Assembly: GCA_965644295.1 (NCBI GenBank)
Contig: CBFFRP010000457.1
Coordinates: forward strand, 124,001-188,000
Reading direction: 5' to 3'
Length of the DNA: 64,000 nucleotides
From: Paraphysomonas bandaiensis
Lineage: Eukaryota; Protista; Chrysophyceae
Position numbers and translations under genes: made by a program. Under the pieces are notes generated by a model, which was not told where the DNA came from, did not search any database, and worked only from the letters and a program-made list of their open reading frames with translations. Positions within the stretch are counted from its first letter, which is position 1. Each line of letters starts with the position of its first letter. Below, in pieces: positions 47,027 to 60,444 of this stretch.

Positions 47027-49070
47027 ATGATGTCTGGAGACTCCGAACTCTACCAGTGCATAATCTGTCATGAACCTTACCGCCGAGAGGGTCGTTTATC
47101 TCCCGTAACTCTCATGTGCGGTCACTCTCTGTGTGTGGGGTGTTATGAGTCTCTTCCCTCATCATCAGCATCATCAGCAGCATCTTCCTCCTTATTATGT
47201 CCCATATGCTCTCTTCCATGTCCCCCTCCATCCAAAAACACAACTCTATTAAAAGAGATTGCTTCAAGAGAGCTCGCATCATGTTCATTGGCTATACATA
47301 CACTGTGCAGTGAGTGTATGAGGACAACGAGCTCTGTATGCTGTGAAGAGTGCGATCGGATGCTATGCAGAAGATGTGACGATCGTCTACACAGACAGGG
47401 AGATAGAACACAGCATCTGAGAGAGTGTACGCGAACGGAAGAGACGGATATGTGTGCCAGTCATATGCATCCGCTGACTCAGTACTGCAAGACGTGTGAG
47501 CGATCTGTATGTGATGATTGTGCCTCGACTGGTGAACATGCTGCTCACGAGACGGGTGATCTAAAAAGCGTTGCTGCTAAAATAGAGAAGCGCATGTCCA
47601 ACTATAGGAAAGTACTGGAGCAGATATGCGCCGAAACGAGCTCGATGTCCTCTAATATTGAGCAATGTTTAGGCAATGCAGGTGTTGGTGATGAGAAAAA
47701 TTCAGAATCATCATCTTTACGTAACGAGTGGAAGCAAACAGCAAGGAATTCTATCAACCAAACTTTTGAAAAGCTACATGCTGCTTTGCACAAACGACGC
47801 CAGGAACTGCTAACCATGGTGGATAACGTATACGAGGAGAAAAAGCTGCATTTGCTCGGACAAAATGCAAGCGCCAATAATCTCCATCGGAGTGCACACG
47901 AATTGTTAGAAAAAATCGAAGAGTTTCCGCCGGATCGGGAGGCTTCTTTGGTTAGTTTGTACGGGGAACTACAAGAACAACTTGATGATTTAAACGAGGT
48001 CGATATACATACTATGATAGGCCCCGTAAATGACCTACGAGTCCACACTTCTTTTGATACCAAAGACCTCGATGTGCTGTTTAGCATAGTTCATACCCTG
48101 GGCACTGTTGGTGAGAAAGGAGAAGCTGGAAGGGATGTATCACAAAATAAAACTACCAGATCACGGTCTCCCGCCCCCTCTTCTTCGATAGGATCGAAGG
48201 GTGACAATCGACCTGTCGGAAATATTGAGGAATCCGCTCCCCTGTCATTTGATGACTTATACGTAGGTATGGTTGTCGTGTACAGTTTATCTGGACTTAT
48301 ATGATATGTGTGGAGAATGTTGAGTCCGTATGATTTATGTTTGCTTTTTTAGGGATGAGGGTGGACGCTCTCGATACTGTGAATAGATGGGCAGAAGCGG
48401 AGGTAAACGCCAACGTTCACGTCATTTTTGGTATATAATATCCTCTGCTACTACTAGTGCGGTGCATGACAACTACTCGCATACGATTACGAGATCTGAC
48501 TGTGTACAATGTATTTCACTCTCCCTGTAACTGTGAACTGCCGTATTGTTCAGGTTTTAGAACTCGATGCGGGTGAGCGGGAAGTGCTTGTGTCGTACGT
48601 TTATTGGCCCTCTGAGTGGAATGAATGGTTGCCTGTAAGAAGCGATGTAATTGCTCCTTTGAAAACGCACACCCTCTGCGCTGGGCGTGAGATTTGCGTG
48701 GGCCAGAGGGTAGAAGTATGTAATGGTGGAAGCGAATGGAGGGAAGCTTTCGTAACTAATGTCAATGGCTATCAGGTTTGAAGCAACTTCGCGTTACAGT
48801 CTGCATTTGCGTTGTTTTCTTGAGTTATGAGTGCTGCACTGCATGTATTTTAATGCGTGCACCTTATCATGATTGTAGATAATTAGGTACATGTAGGTGG
48901 AAGTCCTGTATGAAGACGACAAGCAGAAGGAGCGGAGCTTAACTGTGGATACTCGTATGGATCGTATCCGACAGTATGGTATTGCGGCTCAACCAAAGAA
49001 AAAAAGAGCAAGTACGTCGTCGTCAAAGTCGAATAATAGTAAGCAAGGCAAAAAGAAAGCACGTGCGTGA
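47027..49070 (+). CDS. TRIM-like RING / B-box1 / B-box2 / coiled-coil protein with C-terminal tandem Tudor/Agenet/MBT-like domains, 4 exons
   Basis: Exons 47027-48266, 48353-48402, 48554-48775 and 48897-49070. RING CIIC..CGHSLCVGC..CPIC, two B-boxes, then VGMRVDALDTVNRWAEAEV..VSYVYWPSEWNEW and VGQRVEV..W. PKKKR NLS-like tail. Confidence 0.85.
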
Positions 49071-49091
49071 TACTTTTGTTGCCAACAGTGT

Positions 49092-49276
49092 TCTAGATAT
49101 TGAGTTCTTTGGAAATTGTTATCTTTGGATGTGTTTGAACTGATATTTTTCACTGGTTATATCATAAAATAGTTACTACTGCTTTTGTCATCTAGATATT
49201 GAGTTTATTTTTGGAACTTTTATTTTGGATGTGTGCGAACTGTTATTTTTCACTGATTATATCGTATAATAGTTAC
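49092..49276. repeat. Tandem duplication of about 99 bp in the 3' UTR region
   Basis: tctagatattgagtt...aatagttac occurs twice. Confidence 0.85.
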
Positions 49277-49324
49277 AAAATGTACGAATTTTCGATACCT
49301 TCCCTCGATACCCTTATGTGGTAG

Positions 49325-49456
49325 TGGATGTCCTATTATTAGCAATAGGCGTTTAAAAGTCAGAACTGGCTATATATGCGGCTCACGCTAGTTTCCCGGA
49401 GAACTATCTCCGGTACAGATTGTACATATCCCTAGACCCGACTTTGTTGAGGGCTA
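49325..49456 (-). mobile_element. 132-bp minimal copy of the SINE-like family with an 11-bp TSD
   Basis: TTATGTGGTAG at 49314-49324 and 49457-49467. Keeps the family 5' end CCCTCAACAAAGTCGG and the 3' tail. Confidence 0.75.
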
Positions 49457-49613
49457 TTATGTGGTAGGGGGTAGGGGTACATTGTTGTAGCGTTGTAAAA
49501 TTTGGGGATTTACTGTTTTGAGTTAATCTAGAATCTAGTACAACACCATTCCCTAAGCTTTTGTGTAGGATTGATTAGAAACAATACTTTGATTTGTAAT
49601 CGTTTTTATATAT

Positions 49614-50400
49614 TGAATGTCTGATTATTAAGAAGCGCAAGCTTGTGCGTTGCCGCGACCAACCTAACAACTCGCGCGACACTATGCATAACATGACTCT
49701 CATCTAGTTACTATTGCATGCACCGACAAGTGCTCAACTATACAACACGATTTAGTTAGCTACATGGGCATACGACGAGTTGCGTGTTTAAGCCGGATCA
49801 TACGCTCCTGCCCAATCTACTTGTCCTGACACAAACAACTTGCGGTCGGTGTCTTCGGCATATGTCTCCTGTATATGCGGCAGATCTTTAGGGCCCTCTT
49901 CAAGGTGGTGTTCACAGCAGCAGGTAGTCTGGAAGGGAGAATAAAGTAGCTCTAGCGCCGGGTCCTCCCACGGTCACGAAGCGGTCTCACTGGTGCAATT
50001 TTGCACACTGACGCATGAAACAGACATCTACCAAAATCTGTTACAAATTCAAGCTGACTCCGATGTCTTCCCTCCATTGTGTGCACTCGTCCAGCACATG
50101 CATCCACCTTGCACTCTTCTCCCGAGTGACTTACACTAGTAGGAAACCGTGCACCTTCCCCGCTCGGATGAAAACCTACTAAGCAAGAATAACATAAAAG
50201 CACCACAAATGTACCTGACACTGCTTGGAGAACAGTGCCAGAGCCTTGATATAATCTCAATGACCTGGGTCAGAGGAGAAACCAAGACTAGGCAGTAGAC
50301 GTGTGAGAAGACATAACAGGTCCAATCACATCATTGTCATTGCCATGCATCCATGAGGAAAGTTTGACGCATTACCTCGGTCATTGGCCACACAGATACC
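49614..50400 (-). mobile_element. Degenerate LINE-like 3' remnant
   Basis: Minus strand ends TAATAATCAGACATTCA. Homologous to 28370-28578. The 5' boundary is a guess. Confidence 0.5.
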
Positions 50401-50429
50401 GAATAATGTGAACTCATACTCAGCATCAA

Positions 50430-50817
50430 TCACTCAAAGCAAACGCAGGGAGCAAGCAGAATGTTGATATACCTGACATCTGCTGACTTCAGGTTTTTTG
50501 AGTTCTCAAGGTGAACATCCCGGATGCTTAACTTCAGCAGGCAGCCCAATACCCCGGTTACCCTTCTGGTGGGCCCTGTCCCGGATGCCCTTGAGGTGGG
50601 CCCATTCCCGGATGCCTGTTTATTCGTCAGGGCCCAAAGACGTCTACACAAGTGACACTTATTAGTGTCCCTTGTACCACACAAGCATTTGGCTATGAGT
50701 GGGCAGAACATATATCTGCTGACTATGTTTGCGGCTCACGTTAGTTTCCCGGAGAAATATCTCCGGTACTTATCCCCCAGAACACCACGAAAGGTGCGAG
50801 TCCGACTTTGTTGAGGG
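50430..50817 (-). mobile_element. SINE-like family copy (5' portion)
   Basis: Reverse complement of 8150-8442. Further fragments at 50965-51010, 51188-51330 and 51813-51922. Confidence 0.75.
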
Positions 50818-52004
50818 TAATCGTTTTTATAATTCTAATCAGGAGCATCTCTATTTCCTTTAATAGCGAGTAACAAGCTAAATTTCTATACATTCTAAAT
50901 ATTATAAACATTAGGCTTTTAGCATCATGAAGATATGATATGATACGTAAAAACTCTATTATCCTACGAGAACTGCTTGTGTGTTGCCGCAAACACCAAG
51001 GTACGAATTCTCTCTATATTATTCATAGGAGTGTGTGTAGGGGACGTTTTACACGTATAGCATGACAAGTGAAAGCAGTGATCTACAGCCACACTGAAAC
51101 TCTTGAGGCTACACATACATATTTACGGCAGGCACCAGAGGGGAAGCAGCAAATACCCTTTTGAGTACGTTCTTTACAGTCAAGTAATGAGTGTCTTATT
51201 ATTAGCAACAACAGCAACTGCTTAACTATTATGCTTAGCTATGATATTATCCTACTATTTAACGTCACCGCAAGCACCAAGAGGTGCAACCGCTTTCGCT
51301 TCATCACTCAGAGCGAACGCAGTGATCAAGCAGAATATATAGTAAATTTGATATACTACATGACATACATCTCTTGTAGCACCTATTGCTAAAATATAGC
51401 ATGCATGGAAATGAGAGTGTAATGACGGACATAGAAAAAATACTCACACACATACAGATGGATGTATATGAATGTACCACTTTGACATATTTAATTCTTT
51501 CTATCTGTTGCTCGAGAATAATTAGTACCAACTAACGCAGCTTATAATGTTCATATATGCGTATAGGATGTGGTGTGTATGCTATAATGATGATTGTAAG
51601 TGCATAATATATATATTTTATATAAGTAAAACATACATAATATAGCTAATATAGCAGTCAGTAATTATATGATGTGAGTAATGTTGTGATGAGCATGATG
51701 ATGATAATAGTATAACATCATAATAAATATATATATATATAAAGTAGTGATGATGTTGTGTAAAATACATGTACGAGTATGTAAGTAGTAAAATGATGAT
51801 ATATATTATTGCAGTGTCCCTTGTACCACACAAGCATTTGGCTACGGGTGGGCAGAACATTCTCGGGTTACTATATATAAGTAGCTCACTTTAATTTCCG
51901 GAGAAATACCTCAGGTACTTATAATTGCATTCCTTGGGATGTACTGGTGCTTAATATTATATTATATATTATGCTAGATATAGAACAAAGCTCTATATCG
52001 AAGC

Positions 52005-52358
52005 ACAATCTAATGTTGTTGAGAGGCACTTTAGTCGTACAAAGTTGATTATGACACCTGAGCGTAGAGACATGAACCATATTGTCTAGAATCATTGCTA
52101 TTCCTACGAGCCAAAATTACATGTTGTGTGTTGTGGGATGCTGATACTCTCCATGAAGCCCTGCAAGAAGACCTATGTGCCGGTGGAGAGCGAGTAGTAG
52201 TTACGCTTCGTAGTCTGTTATTTAACTAAATTAGTAATTAAGGGACCAGCACACTATCTATTAGGAGGGGTATTCTCTACTTAGTAGGTATTAATGGCCA
52301 TTATAATTGCCGGGAACTGGACTACCATTAACAGGCCATTTATGGTTACCAGGCCCTG
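52005..52358 (+). mobile_element. hAT transposon 3' remnant (second family)
   Basis: Translates SNVVERHFSRTKLIMTPERRDM..LESLLFLRA. Ends ..GGTTACCAGGCCCTG, a CAGGG-type TIR. Confidence 0.7.
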
Positions 52359-53117
52359 GTTTACAGATGGCACAACTATGAATTGAAGGGAAATAGAAGA
52401 ATTGAAAGAAGTAAGTTTTTTGTCATTGCCGTTTTTTTGTTTCAGCTTTTAAGTAAGCCTATACACTATATTGACTTTAGGTCATTTTTAAAATTAAGAT
52501 CATTGAGAGATGTTTATTATTGTAATCCAGCTAGATAGACTATTTTATTAAATTGCATCCACAATTGTGAGTTGTCATGAAAAACATGTCGACAACATGA
52601 TAATTTAGTTTTCGTTCATGTCTACCACTGCTCAACTTCCGTATCGTGAATCGTCATGATACAATATATAGTATCTTTGACTACGTATTACTGTTTTTCA
52701 CATACACAGCGATATTAAAGATTTTAGTGGTTCGACAGAGCTCGAGACTTTGTTGCCATACTTGCATGATATCTGTCAATCGAATATCAACCATGTTCGT
52801 ATAAAATACAGGAGTATATTACTTAGCAAAACATATGAAGTTGGAAACTTCGTAATCAAATATAATTATACAATAACAGCATTTCAGGTTCGTGGGACAA
52901 GAGTCACCACATCCTATAATAAAACAGCTTATAATATTGCTCAGTATACAGGGCTGACATCATTATAAGCCTACTGCATGGGGCAAGATTCTCGTAATAA
53001 ACTTCATATAAAATCTGACCAGCTGTATCTAATGATGTCGTAGCACAACACCGTGCTTACTCAGAAATAGTACTGTACATTCATAACCAATAAAACAATC
53101 CTAGAATTCCTACCCGT

Positions 53118-54518
53118 TTATATAATTCCACTATCAGCCACCTTACAGTTTCCAAATATTCTAGACAAGAAAGTCTGTGGCCGAGATTGCCGTGGCACCT
53201 CCATAAGATATTCACCATCCTTAGTGACAGCATGTCGCATTGATGGCCGTTTCTCGTCATTCGAAATGACAGTAACTGTGACCCCAGTTTCCACAACTTC
53301 TGCGCTTTCAATCGCCTGAGGAGCTTCTGAAATAGGAATACCTTCATCGACAGGAACAATACGACTACTTCGTTTCGATTTCTCAGTACTGGAAGACAGT
53401 GAATCAGCAGCAAGCGACACCGATGTGCATATCGTATGGTTTGTCGTCATAGATGAAGCATCGACGTCGTTCGCCTCCACTGTGTCTTTCTGTCCCTTAC
53501 ATACACTCTTTATTCGACTTTGCCGTCTTGCTTTTGGATTATTTAATGGCACTCGCCGCACAAGAGCTGTAGTCTCTTTGACGTTGTGGATGACCTCCTT
53601 GGTAATCAAGTCCTGGATTGTAAAATGGGCCTTGGCATAAATGCTGGGAGAAACCCACAACTCTGTGTTCAACGCTTCTAGCAATGCCCACTCAAGAGCA
53701 TTCACGCGATCAATATGCAGGCCAGGAAACACTTGACAATAGTCACCGTTGATCATTGCGAAATCATCCCAAACTTTACTAGCCATCATCATGCCAGATA
53801 GAACTACCCCTTTCCAATTTGTGTCGGTTAAAGTGAAAGTTCCATTGGAGAATTTAATCATTCGCTCAATGTAGACAAGAGTGACTACCATACATTCATA
53901 CTCCATCTGAGTCTCAAAACATATTTTGTGAATAAAATTCGTGATCGCATCAATAGACGGCGCATTCGTTCCCTATAAGATATATTGTTACGACATATTT
54001 GACGATGTAGACAGCGGGAATACAATGAATACAAAACTTACACTTGATAGAACATTCAACATTGAAAATCTTCTGATCGATCCTCCGGATGAAGCTCGCT
54101 TTCTTGATTGCTCAAAGGTTGAATATCGATCATCAGCAGCCCTCTCCGCATCAATTTTAGAACCAGAAAGAATTTTATTTCTTAGTAAGACACCCAAACA
54201 CTTCGAAACAGTATACGGCGACACGACAACAGAGTCTAAACTCTTTGTTGTATCAGATGATATGTTCTCCGACCCCTCATCCCACTTCATCCACTCGTGT
54301 CGACACAGTTTGCTGCTGCTCTCTTTCATTGAGTTAACAGCTGTTGCATGAACCACTGTGGTGTTACTGCGACCTCTCTCCACACTCACTGCAGTGGTTT
54401 CAACATGAGAGTCGTTCTCAGGAACATAATTCATGGAACTAGAGCGGAAACGAGGGTCCTTATAAGCGGACTCCTCATGTGTAAAGTATTCAAAGTCTTC
54501 ATTAGTATCTATAGCCAT
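53118..54518 (-). CDS. Cyclin Y-like protein, 2 exons
   Basis: Exons 54518-54042 and 53972-53118. ECMVVTLVYIERM, NWKGVVL..MASKVWDD, VNALE..LL and YAK motifs. Confidence 0.85.
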
Positions 54519-55210
54519 CCTTGACCTTTAATAGGAGTGATGACTAGAGTAGAAGTGATGTGATAGGTAGAACAGCTGTGTATATATAGAGAGAGAGGCA
54601 CGATATCATACATACATGTATATACACACCCCAGTGCACAGCAGCGTATCGTTCGAGAGGGAGGAAGCATCCATAGGGTTCATATGGGGGGATCTCCACC
54701 AACCATTCAATCGCTAACAGCACAGTCCGACAGATTCTATCCAATCATTTATCTATACTTAGTTTTCATTTGTTTATATCTTTTAGAGCAGTTATTGTAT
54801 ATACTTCATCTGTACTACATCAAGAATACACCGTATTACATTAAGAATATTCTGGAGGTCCCCGACACCCACACCACCCTCAGGCCCTTCGTACGTACGT
54901 TCCCATGTCTAAGGTACGTGATACGGTGCATTCAGTATCAGTCCATCCTCCCTCCTACCTCAAGTCGAATGTGAAGTATGACGTGTGTGTATCCTGCTGC
55001 CTGTAATCTCATACTATACATACACAGTACAGACCCGCCCCATACCATACTATGGTCTTCATACTGCCCTGAAGTCTTAACTTCCTCCTATATATGCTTC
55101 TGTCTCTATATATACACGTATAGATGAGTGGATCACATGAACAGCCTCATATCACACACATACACACATACACACATATAACACCACAACACTCTCTCTA
55201 ATCTCTCCCT

Positions 55211-56648
55211 ATGAACCAACAGCATCCCAATCAAGAGGACTCGACCTTCACAAGCATCGTCTCGTCTTTATTGTCCATTAAACGCAATAAGCCTCATGAA
55301 ACCCTGCATACATATGCGAGTGACTATCACTCGAGTATTCTAAAGGAGGCGGAGTCGCTACGAGCCCTCCCTCATCCTCAAGTGGTGATCTCCGCGTCTT
55401 CTCCTCCTCCGAACTATCGTTCCAATCATAAAGCAGTGCATGACGAGAACTCATCAAGAAGAAGGAGTGCCTCTCACTCGACAGAGAATGATGTGTCATC
55501 TACAGACAATGAAAGACATTTAAAGAGGAGTTCATGTTCGTATACACACACCAGCCCGGCCTCAGACATGATGAGGAGTGCGGAGGCTTTGGGCCCAACT
55601 GTGAATAACCCTAATCGAAAAAGACAAGCTATGTCTGACATGTATAAGACACACATGTGCTCTACAGATTTAACGAACAATATCCCACAACCGAACTGTC
55701 AGATCCCTCTAGTTTCCTCCTCGTCGTCCACGGATGCAGATTTGGTGTCCTCGTCGACAGATGCTCAAGCCAGCGAACCCCGGCCGTCATCACCAGTAGG
55801 ATCTGTAGGCATTGAAAGTCCCCGTGTCAGTAATCAACACACTCATTCTGGTTATTGGTGTGAAGTATATGGCTTCGATGCCTCAGATGTGAAAATTCAA
55901 TATTCTGATGGGACTGCTGACAATATTGGCCGAGGACTCAAATGCCCCGCTTCTGCAGCGGGTACTCAGTCGCGAAAGTGTTCGAAACTGGCTCGTAAAA
56001 CGAGAACGGGTTTCCGAAATATGGGATCCATTCCCGTCCCTCTAAAAGCCGAGGACATTAAAGAGGAGGTAGCAGCGTCGGAATCGTCTATCACGAATTC
56101 ATTTATTTCACAACTGCAACAGCAAGGAGTGGGACAAACTTTGTCCCGTGATAAGGTTGATATCTGTAAATTGTCAGAGGTAGCGCAGATGTCGGGAACT
56201 GACAACTCAGGGGGATACTGGCAGTGGATACCCGCGTCATCACCGACTTCTCAGAGCCTTCCGGATGGAAAACACGTCCCTGATACGGCCGGGGAGGTAG
56301 AGCGCACTCATCAGACGAAAGTTGCAATGGAACCGTGTCGAAACATGGGCTCTGGGAATTTTTGTAATGTTCCTCCCCCTATCTCTGTACTAGCGTTATA
56401 TTCCGCTTCCAGTGGTATAGATAGAGTCGCCCATGACCGAAACGGTGTTGTGGAGATAACAGATGGCTATAAACTTAGCCCACTTGCATGGAAAACTATT
56501 GACGCTGCAACCACTGTTTCAGGGACGCGATCATCCATTTGGAACGAGGTAATTGTTCATCTGAAAGCTATCATGATCTTGTATAAACCTATATCCACGT
56601 AAGTGTAAAATTGATAATATTAATGTGTAGAGCAAACAAATCGTGTGA
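55211..56648 (+). CDS. Uncharacterised Ser-rich, probably disordered protein
   Basis: 463-aa ORF 55211-56602. A possible intron at 56549-56630 gives a short last exon ending 56648. Confidence 0.6.
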
Positions 56649-57299
56649 GTGATGTACCAGATGTGGATAAGTCAGGATATAACGAAAGAATACGAAATGT
56701 GTTTGTTAAAAACACTCCCTGAAGAGCACGTGCTTCTCCCGCCCGGCTATGTCTATGCAGAATATACGTGTCACTGTTTCTGAAGTTTAATTTCGGTGGT
56801 ATCACCTCTATATTACCAAGCTAAAGATGTTTTTTTATAAATGATTACAGTATCCCTGGCCTCGTCCACCTGAAGCTGTGGTTTCGAACGAATTTATGTC
56901 ATGCTATGTGTACTAATCTATGCAGACTCTAGGTTGTGTCAGTCTCCATGGAATTGTACAACCCGACATGTTATGTGCAACTGAAATTGCAAAGAAAACA
57001 TTTAACGTGGCCAATATGCCACACATGGACTATAAGTATGAAATAGATTTGTATGTATTTTGAATAATTAATAAACTATGTTTTGTTATCATATTTTATC
57101 ACATGGCACACGTTGTTGTCGTAGCAATCGTTGTATTTCAATATATACTAGTACGATTATGTCAGTATTCAACAAAATGTCTTGTACATAGTCATGCGGA
57201 GAATAACTGTTGATTGATATCGTTATTGTTACTTTTGTTTTTTCCTAGGTAGGCTTAGGAAAGAGAGTAAAACTATGATGATAGGAGGAGGAAGTAGTC

Positions 57300-58652
57300 C
57301 TTGCAAAACAAATTCGTATCACTAGCTTTTGTATTTTCAGTTCCTTCGTATATGTGTTCATTTCCTTCTCCTATTTTTATAGTTGATTGTTTTTTGAACT
57401 CTGCATTCATGAGCTCGATGTCCAGATACGCCACACACAAAACATCCATCATCATCAGCGCCATTTTTTGACTTACTTCTTTTGGATTCTGCTTGTTCTC
57501 TTCGATGCTTGTTTTTACCATTGCGCTTCATTTGGGAGATCTTCAGATCCTTCTTCTTCATCCAGCAGTTCTTCTGAGTGTGACCTCGTTTTCCACATTT
57601 AGAGTATGAGCATGTTATCTCTTGATCAGAAGAATTCCAATGTACTTCCGGTGCTGAAGACTCCTGTGGTAGACCCTTTGCCTGGTCGAAGCGCCTACAA
57701 ATGGTGATCATCTCATTAAATGAAATATCACCTTTCAGGTAGATGTTTGTGTACAGCTGCTCCAGATCCTTCCTCGTTTCCAGCGCAGTCTGCAGCTTCG
57801 TTTTTTTGGATACGTCAGTTGGCGGCTCACCAAGTTCCGTCATTTTTTGGACAATTCCGTTCAGTCGATCAATGGCTGTACACACCAGCTCCCCCTGTAG
57901 AATTCAAACTGTTTATTCAGTTCCACCAATTCGTACTGGGTTTCCCCACGAAATCTAATAACCAATTTATTTACCAATTCACTTGCTAATATCTCCTTAT
58001 CAGGATCATCAGGTGGAAGCATGTCCTTCTCTCGGAAGTATTGATCAACAATCTCAAGCGCCTCCGCAACAGGTTGAACAGCTTCGAAGATGGAACTGAT
58101 GCAGGTGTCTTTCCTCTCCAACCACTTGTCGAGGTCTTCCTTATACTTGTTTTTTACAGCTGTGGACGCATTGTCAGCAGGTCGATGCGGTCGCTCTTCC
58201 AATCCAAGATGGTTCCGACTCTTTCTCATGAGCCAAACTCTCAATCGCTTCGTCCAGTTCACAACACCGAACTGATCGAACTTCGGAAGGTGTCTCCATT
58301 CCGAACTACTTGCGGAACTACCGTCCGTTACCATATCAAGGTTTGACATTATATGAGAAGTATTAACTTAACAACAGAAGGTAACTTATACTCAATGCTG
58401 AGAATTATAAATTATAATCAATATCTTTTATCATTCATCAATATCATGTTGTCTCTACTACCACTCATTTCTCGTACGACGATCTTACATCGTCACTACA
58501 ACTTGCATCGTCACTATATTCCGTTTTACCGCTATATGCTTATCGTCATTCATTCTCACAATACGATTAACAAGACTACAACTGTATACTACAGTAATTT
58601 AAATACCTTATAACTACAGCTTTCAATTGCTCTCATATAGCAGAACTCAACA
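57300..58652 (-). mobile_element. Truncated Copia element: LTR 58334-58652, PBS 58321-58333, frameshifted gag
   Basis: LTR related to 23792-24037. ORFs 57861-58349 and 57358-57885 give a gag with knuckles CSYSKCGKRGHTQKNC and CFVCGVSGHRAHEC. Confidence 0.85.
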
Positions 58653-59044
58653 CATGTGAATAGTGTTCGCTCCCAGTAGACCATAATACACAACGTCTGG
58701 GCCGAAATTTTATATGTCAACTCCTCCTTCCTTATGGCCACGAAAAATACCGTTGGAATATACGTATTTACCATATTTAGAGGCCGTTCATGATTTCTAT
58801 GTTAGATACACCGAGAGAAACAGTGCTTATGATCATACTGACTTTCTTTATATTCTCATTAGGGATGTAGAAGCTAAAATTTTAAATTACTATTGAAGAT
58901 AGTAATACCGACCCTGGTTGTTAGCTGTGAGTAATGCGAATGATGATTTTAAACAGCGGTGGTACATCGAAGATGATAGTCAAGCATCAAGCAGGCAATT
59001 TATTAGATCTATTCGATGCAGCGTTGCAAGTTACTGATTAGAGA

Positions 59045-60444
59045 TACTATATATTGTACAATACATTGCAATAGTATTGTTGGACCGCTTTTAAAACCCC
59101 ACCCATGCTATAGATGGGACTCTATGTAGCAGGGATAGGGAACAATATATTGCAATACTATTGTTAGGTAGCGTTCCATCAATAGTATTGATGGATTTTT
59201 TAAACCGGCCCTACAATACTATTGCAATATATTGCAATATATTGTACAATATATTGCAATATATTAGTATGACTAATCAGTAAGTAAACACATCCGTAGT
59301 TTTCATTTTTAGTACTTGCCATATTTTATAAGGTCTAAGGTCACTTGATAATCAAACCCACTACTCTTAACTAATTAAAAGTTTCCTCATACTCATCCTC
59401 TGAGCCATCATCGGTGACATCATCATCACCATATTCATTCAATATTGATTGAAATATGCTTGCATCCGGCCACAACTGTCGGTTAGCTTTCAGAAACAAC
59501 AGCATATTAAGTGTAGTAGGATGCATACGTTTGCGCAACACTGATATAATCAGTTTTGCTGCGCTGAACAGGCGTTCACACGTATTGGAAGTACATACTA
59601 CATGACTCGTGCACCTGTACTTAGATATTTCAACTTTTCGCTTCTTAAGTTTTTGAGCTGATTGAAGAATTTTTTCCGCATAGCCAACTTTAGCTTCATC
59701 ATCCTCTGTATTGTTGCAATAATCACTGTCTGAACGGAGATATATTCTAACAGCATCTTTCTCAGATCTTGTCAAGTCCAATTCTTCGCCTGCTTGGAGT
59801 TTTGCAATTCCATTCTCGAAATTCGGATCATTAACAATGGGACTGTTTTTCTGTAAAGCAGATAGTGGATACTTTGGCCTAAAGTCCCTCAATAAGCCAT
59901 CAAATATGTTCCGGCATTCATAAAGATTCACTTGACTTGATCCTCCAGTTTGAAGCAATTTCGAGACGCTTTCAAACTTCCTCAGGTCGTCTACAAGGGC
60001 GATTATTTCGGTATTCTGTCATCATTCAGTTGTCTCTTCTTGTCACTATAGGATATATATACTATATTAAGAGAAGTACTGTACATACATGTGGAGAGGT
60101 GTAGAGTGCTGTTTGAGCTGGCGATACATAAAAAATAGAAAATAACATCAAAAATAGGCTTTTTTTCTTATTTTCCGGATATTTGTATACAGAGGCGTAT
60201 ATTTTGCACCATACAGTTGAGGATCTTCTCTTATATGACTATCATAATATTGATTGCAATATATTGCAATAGTATTGTGAGCTCTATTAACAGAAACACT
60301 ATTGATGGAATATTTGACCAGTCCACCAATCAATATATTTTACAATATATTGCAATATATTGTACAATATATTGCAATACAATATATTGTTCCCTATCCC
60401 TGCTATGTAGCAGTAGTATTGCAGTACATTGTTCGCTAGCCCTG
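59045..60444 (+). mobile_element. Older diverged hAT terminus interrupted by the younger hAT copy
   Basis: 59045-59129 joined to 60411-60444 aligns with 29690-29802 and ends ACATTGTTCGCTAGCCCTG. Confidence 0.7.
59130..60402 (-). mobile_element. Non-autonomous hAT transposon, 1273 bp, with a transposase C-terminal fragment (59371-59958)
   Basis: Same TIR as 29041-29802. 8-bp TSD CTATGTAG (59122-59129 and 60403-60410). TSNTCERLFS motif. Confidence 0.95.

Noticed and set aside
50790-50812. tRNA B-box-like GGTGCGAGTCC suggesting a tRNA or tRNA-derived head
   Set aside because: It is antisense to the element, and no T-stem, A-box or cloverleaf can be built.
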